DNA from: Paraspadella gotoi
Taxonomy: Eukaryota; Animalia; Chaetognatha
DNA: 64,000 nucleotides
Reading direction: 5' to 3'
Assembly (NCBI GenBank): GCA_051294375.1
Contig: CM119263.1
Coordinates: 12,627,723-12,691,722, forward strand
A program made the translations under genes and the position numbers. Under the pieces are notes generated by a model. It was not told where the DNA came from, searched no databases, and was given only the letters and a program-made list of their open reading frames with translations. Positions within the stretch are counted from its first letter, which is position 1. Every line of letters begins with the position of its first letter. This document shows, in pieces, positions 54,895 to 64,000 of the stretch.

Positions 54895-57532
54895 CTCTCC
54901 TCCTCTCTCTCTCTCTCTCTCCGAGAATCATCATCTTCTCCCTCCCTACCTCACTCTTTTTCTCTCTCACTCAGCACACTACGCCGCCCTGCTACGAGCC
55001 ACTTTCTGTTTGAGTTGCACAATGGAAAAAACAGGCGGCGTTCGTGTATTTCGTTTCCGTGACCAGAATACATCGCGTCAATTTAAAAAAAAAGTTTTTT
55101 TTTTATTTTTAGCGCGCGAATTCAAATTAGATCCGCGAGCTGAGAGAGAGAGAGAGAGGAAGAGAGAGCGTGAAAGAGAAAGGCGTTAGTTCAGAATTCC
55201 GGCCTCGTGCGGTTTTTCGTCATGTTACGTATTAAAATTAAGTGTAGAAATACATGTTTTTCTTATTTTCTTTCTAAGTACATGTACTGGGTACACATAC
55301 ATTATTAACTTTTCTTAAAACAACCTTTTTTCCCCTATTTAAACTCTTTGTCTTTGTCTTTCTCTTCCTTCATTTAAGCCCAGAACCATATTTTTAATTC
55401 CAAAGTTTCTTGGTCATATAATTTTTTTTCCGTTTGACCACAGATGAAATTGTTGCTTTGTTGCTTTTTTTTCCCTCGCTATCGTGGACGAGCGTTTTGT
55501 TTTTTGCCTGTGCTAAACCGTCAAGATTACTTGAGTGTCCAATGAAAGTTTGTTATTTGTAATTTTATGGAGAGCATTTATTTCATTAAAGTAAATGTGC
55601 CTCGAAAACTCGTAGGTTTCTTGTGGGAAACACATTGAATTTTACACGCTCAACTGAGTTTACTCATTTATCTATCTATCTATCTATCTAACTATCTATC
55701 TATCTAACTATCTATCTATCTATCCGTCTATATTCTCTCTCTTCTCTAAAGCTCTCTCTATGCTCTTGCTTCCTTTTATAGTCGCACAGCAACTCTATAA
55801 GACACTTGGTCGTCAGTCGGTTTATCCATATATTTGTCAGTCTGTACCACTTATACTTTACGTGCCTATATTTCCATTAATACTGCAGCACTTTAATTAA
55901 TTCGTGATAGAACGATGGTATATTAAGAAATGCTTTATATATGTTAATTTGTTTCTTTTTTGTGCAGTTTTAAGGGACCAGTGATAAAAATGATATCATA
56001 AGCTTAAGGGTCTAATCATCAAAGGAATTTGAATGGTCATAGTTATTAATTTTTCTTTTGCAAACAGGAAGTAGCAAAAAAAATATCCTATCTCTTATTT
56101 CTAGCGGAAACAAAAAATTTATAATTATGAAAAAAAATTTAGTTGGACCCTACCTAAATATTTATATAATCCATTACTTTTAATTTTTGCATTAGAAAGT
56201 ATTTTTTATTAAATTTCAATTTTTTATTTTTTACTGTACAAAGCTATAATTTAGTTAAGCCTCATTGAACAAAGCTTTACAAAAACTAACATTCCTTTTA
56301 TTTTTTATATTTACTTAAAAGCAGACCAAATCAAACCAAATTCTATTCTTACAGAAACAAAACTGTTTAAGGGGACCAAGTGAACAGGTGGGGGTAAAAA
56401 GCTGGAAAACATAACGTTTGACCCTTAACTTAACTGGTTCTGATCATATAATTTCTTCTAAATCATTGGGAAAGTAGTTAAAAATTCGAATTAAAATCAG
56501 CGAGCTTAATTTTCTTTAAAAATCGGTAAGAAGAAAATCTTTTTCAAGTTTAAAATTTTTTTTTCCAAAAAAAGGGTAAGATCTAATTTTAAAAAGATTT
56601 TCAGCTTTTATTCACAAAAATTTATTAAGGAAAAAAAAACTAGGAATGAATCAAAATTTAAGGGTATCGACTGATTTTATTTAAACTTTCTTTCCAATGA
56701 TTCTGTTAATTGGATGAAAATAAAACTCTTTGAAGTATATATAATATAAAAAGAAAGAGAAAGATTCTGTTAACTTTTGCTAAATTTTTAATTGTTTATA
56801 ATTAGAATCCAATATAGTTTAATTTATACATTTTAAGGGATGCAATATGAATATTATTAATATTTTATTACAGTTTTGTTTCTGTAAGAATAGAATTTAG
56901 GTTTGATTTTATCTGCTTTTAAGTAAATATAAAAATAAAAAAATATTAGTCTTTGTAAAGCCTTTGTTCAATGAGGCTTAAACCTAAAATTATATGCCTT
57001 TGTTACAGTAAAAAATAAAAAATTGGAATTTAGTAAAAAAATACTTTCTAATGCAAAAATAAAATAATGGATATTATATAAAATATTTAGTGGTCAACTA
57101 AATTTTTTTTCATAATTATTAAATTTTTGTTTCCGCTGAGAATAAGAGATAGGAATTTTTTTGCATTTTTTCTTTCCCACACCGCTGCAAAGAAAAATTA
57201 ATGACTATACCATTCAAATCTCTTTGATGATAGGACCTTAAAGCTTATGGATATATTTTTATCACTGGGTCCACTTAAGTTAAAGGGTCAAACGTTATGT
57301 TTTTCAGCTTTTTACCCCTGTTCACTTGGATCCCCTTAAGTAAGAAAATAAATACGGCGCAATAAGTTGAAATTTTCGCTTTCTTGTGTTTCATCTTTTC
57401 TCTTTTTACTTTAGGTAATTTATTTGTTTTTATTTCTTAATATTTTTGTTATCATCGCTGCATTTTTTTAAAAAAATTGAAAACGATTGCCAAAAATTTG
57501 TTAGACTCATTTTTTAAATCTCACTTCTCTCT

Positions 57533-57578
<46 letters not shown>

Positions 57579-57835
57579 CTCTCTTCTCTCTCTCTCTCTC
57601 TCTCTCCGAGAATCATTCTTCTTCCCTCCCTACTCTCACTCTTTTTCTCTCTCACTCAGCCACTACGCCGCCTGCTCGAGCCACTTTCTGTTTGAGTTGC
57701 ACAATGGAAAAACGAAAAACAGGCGGCGTTCGTGTATTTCGTTTCCGTGACAGAATACATTCCGCTCAATTTAAAAAAAAAAGTTTTTTTTTTATTTTAG
57801 CCGCGAATTCAAATTAGATCCGCGAGCTGAGAGGA
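53879..57835. repeat. ~1.3-kb tandem duplication (53879-55160 vs 55213-57835; second copy carries a TE)
   Basis: Colinear near-identity from ttttcgtcatgt..acgtattaaa to gatccgcgagctgaga. Confidence 0.9.
55974..57335. mobile_element. TTAA-targeting non-autonomous foldback DNA transposon (Kolobok-like termini GG...CC)
   Basis: TTAA|GGGACCAGTGA...TCACTTGGATCCCC|TTAA; empty site gcagTTAAgttagaaaat at 54636-54639; ~400-bp inverted arms 55974-56366 and 56870-57274. Confidence 0.85.
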
Positions 57836-58029
57836 GAGAGAGAGAGAGGAGAGAGAAGAGGGGAGAGAGAGAGAGTAGAGAGAGACGAGAGAGAGGAGAG
57901 AGAGAGAGAGAGAGAGAGAGATCCAATGCCGATAGAGAAGTGTGTTGGACTGTGGAAGGCATGAAAAGAGAGGTGAAAAAAAGGAAACGAATGGAATTCG
58001 CGACGAAACGTCGTTTGGAAAGAAGGACC

Positions 58030-58084
58030 GAGATTGATGGGAGATTGATGGGAGATTGATGGGAGATTGATGGGAGATTGATGG
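58030..58084. repeat. 11-bp tandem repeat (GAGATTGATGG)x5
   Basis: Direct inspection. Confidence 0.93.
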
Positions 58085-58276
58085 GTTGTTAGTTGGAAGA
58101 TATTTAATTAGAGGGCAAATGATTTTATAATTTGAAAAGAAAAGTCAAGTTTTATAATAATCCTAAAATCAAACTTTTTAAAAATAATTTCAAGGAAATT
58201 GATGCACAGAAGTCTAGAATTTGGGCGTGAATACTTTTTCTCATACGTCAAACGCTTCCTCAACCTAAACCACTAT

Positions 58277-58420
58277 TGCCACTCTCGCCACTCTGGCCAC
58301 TCTGGCCACTCTCACCACTCCCGCCACTCTCGCCTCTCTCGCCAATCTCGTTACTCACACCACTCTCGCTACTCCCGCCACTCTGGCCTCTCTCGCCACT
58401 CCCGCCACTTTCGCCACACC
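58277..58420. repeat. 9-bp degenerate tandem repeat (CGCCACTCT)n
   Basis: Direct inspection; produces the spurious SRH ORF. Confidence 0.88.
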
Positions 58421-61400
58421 CACTACCAACTTTCGATTAGATTCCGAATCGAAATCCGACGCGAATTCGAAGACCGAATCCGATGGGATTTTTTAACACT
58501 TGATGAGGAAAACCGAAAGAAAACAAAGGAAACAAGGAAAACAACGAATTATCGCCAAATTGATTGTTGTTTCGTCTTCGCAATGTCGACGCGCAGGAAT
58601 TATCGGTTGGGGGCTAGAGTTTTGTGAAAATATATTATAAAATTAAAATTTAGCATATAAAACATGAAAATAAAAACCAATAAAAGTACTTTGGTAAATT
58701 TATTTTTTAATTTTATACATTAGTGGGTACCAGTGAGCTTTATTTATATATAGTAATATTGTATCGAAAAAAAAAATAACAAGCATAAGATCATCAAAAA
58801 CAGAAACATCGTCCCGACGAAGAGAAAGAATCAATTTTTGGCTTTTATCGTCGATGCATCGTAAATTCCTCGTTTCGCAAACGCGAAAAATCTTTTCTCA
58901 ACTCTTCCAACGATTTTGCGAATATTTTCATAATCGTGTTGATTCGTTTTCCTCGGAGATATTTTCTCGACGGGGAGGCGACGAAACTTGAAATGGCGAG
59001 AGTAGAAAGGCGAGGGGGGAGGAGTTTGGCGGGAAGGGGGGGGGGGAGATCAGAAGTTATGGTTTTTGAGAAGGGAAGGAAAATTTGCGGGAGAGAACAT
59101 CTTAAGACTAGGGAAGTGCTGAGAAATATGGGCTAGTCTAAAGCGAAGCAGAAAACGTTTTTTTTTTTTTTTGAGGGGGGGGGGGGAAGTGTACTTGGTT
59201 CCTAAATGAGGGGAAGTTTGTGAATGAGATAGTCGTGATGCTTGTAGGATGAAAACTGCGCTGAAAGAGAGAAAAACAAAGAGAAGTTGAGTTATAGAAG
59301 ATTAGGACAGATTTGATCACGAAGATTAGAGAAGAAAACATTTGCGATGAGAGGATCATAAAATCGATAGACTTTAACCGGAAGCTCGCAGTAGGAAGCG
59401 CGGGACGAGTCGGAGGGGGGGAAGAGGAAAAGTGGGAAAGAGGAGGAGAAGAAACTGAAAAGAGGGTCGAGGATGGGAAAGAGGAAAATAATAGGAAAAA
59501 AGGAGAAAATGATGAAAAAAAGGTAGGAAAAACAAAGTTAAGAGTTAGAAATACTCGAGTGAAAAAAGCAGAGGAAGAATACAAGCGTCGAGAGAGCGAG
59601 AAAGTAAGGGAAGAAGTGAGGAAGAAAAAGAAGCGAAGCGAAGCAGAAGAAGACCAAGGATTTGGAGAAAAAACTAGGAAGGATGACGAAGTCTGAACAG
59701 AAGAGAAAAAGAGATAAAAAGGGTGAGAGGAAGAGAGGAAGAGAGAGTAGAAAGTCGTCGTCTTGGAACAAAAAATTAAATTCTCTTCGCTAAGAATTTT
59801 TGACTGTATATTTTTTATGAAAAATTTAAGAAAAAGCAAACTCGGAGTAAATTAAAATGTGAACTCCCACCGTCGCTTTGTTTATCAAATTAAGTTTTGA
59901 AATTAAACATGTCTTAAAAGTTAAATACTGATTTTATAGTATAAACTAATTATTTACTTATAAGAATTTAATTTTTCCGATATATGCTTTATATATATTT
60001 TTATCCTTAGAAAATTATATTAATAAATTTCAGCATTATATGCGTCTCTGATGTGATGATTTGAAATTTCTATTCACTTTAGTAGAAATAATGAGATAAT
60101 TTGTCCATTGAATTAGAGAAATAAATAAAAATAAAAATGCACAAAAAAATTTACGTATGTTATCTATTGATATACGTCATCATCCGATATCTGACTAAAA
60201 TATTCGACGTATGATATTTTTGCGTCAACCACATTTGAACACGAGGAATTGTTAGATTTTTTGTTCCCACTTTGACGGACGACACCTTTTAGTCCATGGT
60301 TTTTTATCTCTTCTCAAAAAGGGGAGCGGGGAAAAGGGGGGGGGGAAGATTGCGAAGCCTAATTTTAGTCTCAAAACGTCGTGACCCGAGCGACCTCGAC
60401 ATTTTCCCGACTCACGACCTTCGACCTCACCTCCCCACCTTGCGCCCTCGCTCTTTTTTCCTCCGCGCCAAATCTTCTCTCCGACTTCCGCTTTATTTCC
60501 CGTTTTAGCTTTCGTTTCTTTTGTTTTGTGGTTTTTTTTTGTTTTGTTTTTGGCTCCCGTTTCTTTTTTTCTTTCGCGATGGACGGCGACGACGACTCCG
60601 ACGGCCGTCCATTAAGGAGAAAAGAGTCCAACGCGTTATAAATGTTTTTCTCGTGTGACGTGAATCCTCGTTGGCGTCGGTTTGGCGCCGATTCTTGACG
60701 CCGCGCCCAGCGGCGTCATCGGCGACGGGCGTTTCGCTCCGTTGGCTCGCTCCACATCACTACGCAGTCGAAAGATGACAGGGGTTCTTCTGAATTCCGA
60801 TCGAAATAGAAATTCGCACTGTAAGACCTGAAATTCAACACTTACTTTGTCAACACTCGTTTTCTAAATTTCTTAACGTCCCGGCGTCATTTTTTTTTTG
60901 CATTGATATTTTTTGTCCTTTTCCCGTATTTTTCTTTTTCGAGTCTTAAGGTTTCGGGGTCAAAGTTCATCGGTGGAGGTAAACTCATCCATCACCTCCT
61001 CTTTTCCCTCGACGCTTCGTCTCTCTGTTTAACGCTGACATCACCGAGAGAAAAAAAAACAAGGGACGGAGAGATCGAGACACCGAATCGGAGAGAGACA
61101 GACATGGAATAGGAAGGGAGGGACAGAGAAAGATAGCGAGAGAGAGAGAGTGAGAGAGAGAGAGAAAAAAAAAACTAGAACCGAATCATTATGGCCTCCG
61201 GTTGTGTAGACTTAAATGTTCAATACATTTATTACAACCGACCTTTCCAACTGTGTTTTTTTTTCTTATAGTTTTCCTTCTTTAATGTCGAAAAGGTTTT
61301 CCAAAAGGAGAATAGAAAATAGGAAATAAACGACTTGATTTTCGGTTGACATTTGTTCTACCCTGACCTCCGGGTCACAACTGCCAACCAAAGCGTCTAC

Positions 61401-63344
61401 TACTGCGACGAAAACGCAAATTAAAAAACTTTCGTGACAAAACCCGGTTTTCCTTGTCTTTGTATTTTGCTTTTTGGATACAAATTTTGGAGGTCGAGGG
61501 AAAAAGAGGGTGAAGTAAAGTGTGATGCGGAAAAAGAATTTTAAAATTACTTTCCAGAAACTTTCCAAACCAAAAAAAATTAAGCAAACTAAAATTGGAT
61601 TAAAAAGAAATTTCGATTATAAAAAAAAAGAAAATATAAGAGAAACAAAATAAAATATCTAACAATAAAAAATAAAAAAAAATTGGAAAAAAAAGATTGT
61701 TTTGTGAATATTGTAAGTCGATTATCGGCCTCTTTTTTTACTCTCTCTTTCTTTTCTCTTCTTTCCTCTTTGTTGTGAGAAAGGGCGCGACTGTGAGTTT
61801 ATAAACAAGTAGGCGAGGCATTTAATAAAGATCTTCATTCATCCACTCATTTACTTAATCGCATCAATCTTCCCGTTCCATCTTCACTTTCTTCTTCCTC
61901 TTCTCCTCACAAACTCCACTTTTCTCCTTTCCTCCTTTTCTCCTTCCTCGCCCAACCCATTCTCTCCTCTCATCCTTCAAGCGAATCTGACGGAGCAAAA
62001 GGAATCGAGGCGGTTGGGGTCTTTCGGGTCACTTTGCCAAGAAGTCGGAGGAAGGTGAAGAGGAAAGGAGAAGGAAAATGGGGAGAGAGTGAAAAGTGAG
62101 GGATGAAGCGAGAAACGTGAGAATATTGTGAAGGAGAACAAAAAATTAAATGTTAGAGGAAAATTTGCTGGTGGAGGGTGAAGAGTGAAAGACGAATATG
62201 GATTTCAAATGTATTTATTTAAAATTGGTTCTTGAACAGACTGAAAAATATTCAGATTGGACAACAAATAAAAATTTATGAAAAATTTAGTATTTTTAAC
62301 AAATTTTAAGAAATTCTTTAAAATCATATCTATAATTGAAACATATTTCAATCTAAATATTTTTACGCTTAATAAGTACTTAGTATATTGCACTTGTATT
62401 AATTAAAAAATAATGATGACATTTTATAACATTATATGACATAATGAAACGATAGCATTTTTACCCTTCAATGCTTCATAGGATATGAACATTAGACTGA
62501 GGACATAGGAAATAGGTTATCAACGAGATATGCAGGATAGAAATCATAAAAAAAGAATATAAACTATCAGATGTGATAAAAACAGAGTATAAATGTAAAA
62601 TGAAGAAGATAAAATGATCTCTTTTTTTTCCACTTCCTCTCTCTCCCAATTTTTTTTTCTTCTCAGACTTTAACTTCTGCCTTTTTATTTCTTTTCCTTC
62701 TTCCGCTTCTTTCCTTTTTTCTCTGTTAAAGAGAACGTCGTTCGTCTCATCGTCGTCGTCGTCGCCACGCCCTCTCTCCGTCGGCGTCAATAAAAACAGA
62801 GAAAATTAGGCAGAGATTCATCGGGTGGTTTAGAGACCGCGCGTCTGAGAGGAGAGAACCGAACGAGGGAGAAGATGAGAGAGGCGGGACTGAGGGGCAG
62901 AGGGTGGCGGGCGGAAGGTGACCCTAAAACGGAGAAGAGAGGGACTATTATAGGGGCATGGGAAAGTGAGAGGGATTTTAAAAAGGCGAGTCAGGGTAGA
63001 GAGATGGAAAAAGAAAGGCATGACGTAGGGGCAAGGAAAGCATAGTTAATAGACAGGTACGACAGTCCGGAAATGGCGTACGCCTTCGGGGAAGCGCGCG
63101 GAGGGAACGCGCTCAAACGGAGTTAAGATGTGACATGGGAGGACCCCTCTCTTTAACGAGGGAGAGCTCTAAAAAAGGGAGGGCGCCCTCTGAAACGAAG
63201 AGGGGCGCCTCTTTCGATTGTCTTGTCGTCACCCGAAAAACCGAAGTCGGACAAACAACTCGGAAAATTACTTTTTCGACGTCTCCGCGGAAAAACGTTA
63301 AAAAGTGTCACTCTCGCCCGATGCCGCCAGGTTTTTTAATCACC

Positions 63345-63471
<127 letters not shown>

Positions 63472-64000
63472 CTCTTCTCTCTTCCTTCCCGCTTCCTCTC
63501 TCTGAAAGAAGAACTAAGAGTATGAAAGTTTGATTGGAGTTCTCCGGCACTTCTGGGTGATCTATTGATTTCCTTATAATTTCGTGAAAAATAATCATTA
63601 ATTGAAGATAACCTCGATAACTTGCCGATTACTGTTTAAAGTAATAAGATTTTCAATAATTGAATAAAGACGATTTATCGTATGTAAGTATTCTGTATTA
63701 TAATGAATATTCTTATAACCCAAGCCTTTTGGATAATAAATAATTGATATTTTTTTTAATTGATTTTTTAATTTTTTAAATTTGATTTAAAAAACCAAAT
63801 TAATTTTTATACTAGATAGTTAATAACATTTTAAACAATCTGATCTGTTAGGGGCTCGCTCAAATAGTTACACTAAGAAAGCTCATAGAGAGAGTACATA
63901 ATAAGGAAAGTGGAAAGAAGCGAAAGAAACTACGAGGCTGTTTACACTCTTTGTTTCTTCTACCTTTCAGTGGCTGAAAGTGAAAGATTAGGAAAAACAG

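Noticed and set aside
58199-58627. SRH-repeat ORF
   Set aside because: Product of a 9-bp tandem repeat with no splice or homology support.
59313-59696. Lys/Glu-rich ORF (similar case at 51649-51984)
   Set aside because: Purine-rich low-complexity DNA is stop-poor; no ATG or recognisable domain. Cannot be excluded as an exon, but unsupported.

Overview
AT-rich metazoan (invertebrate-like) genomic scaffold with short GT-AG introns, many (GA)n microsatellites, N-gaps and indel-type assembly errors. Spliced genes reconstructed by hand: a divergent TSC22-box protein (+), GDAP2 (macro + CRAL-TRIO, -), a troponin C/calmodulin-like EF-hand protein (-), an intronless ARHGEF7/beta-PIX (-), a divergent Rab11 (-), malic enzyme (+) and an SLC36-type amino-acid transporter (-). 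The malic enzyme locus is the most unusual part. It has duplicated alternative N-terminal exons (likely mitochondrial vs cytosolic isoforms), a GC-AG intron, a same-strand nested LKAAEAR1-like gene in one intron and a hairpin-rich island in another. About 8.9 kb (26.07-35.0 kb vs 35.0-44.0 kb) and about 1.3 kb (53.9-55.2 kb vs 55.2-57.8 kb) are tandemly duplicated, most likely uncollapsed haplotypes. The smaller pair shows empty and filled sites of a TTAA-targeting foldback transposon. The last 16 kb has no confidently recognisable gene. All family assignments come from recalled motifs, not database searches.
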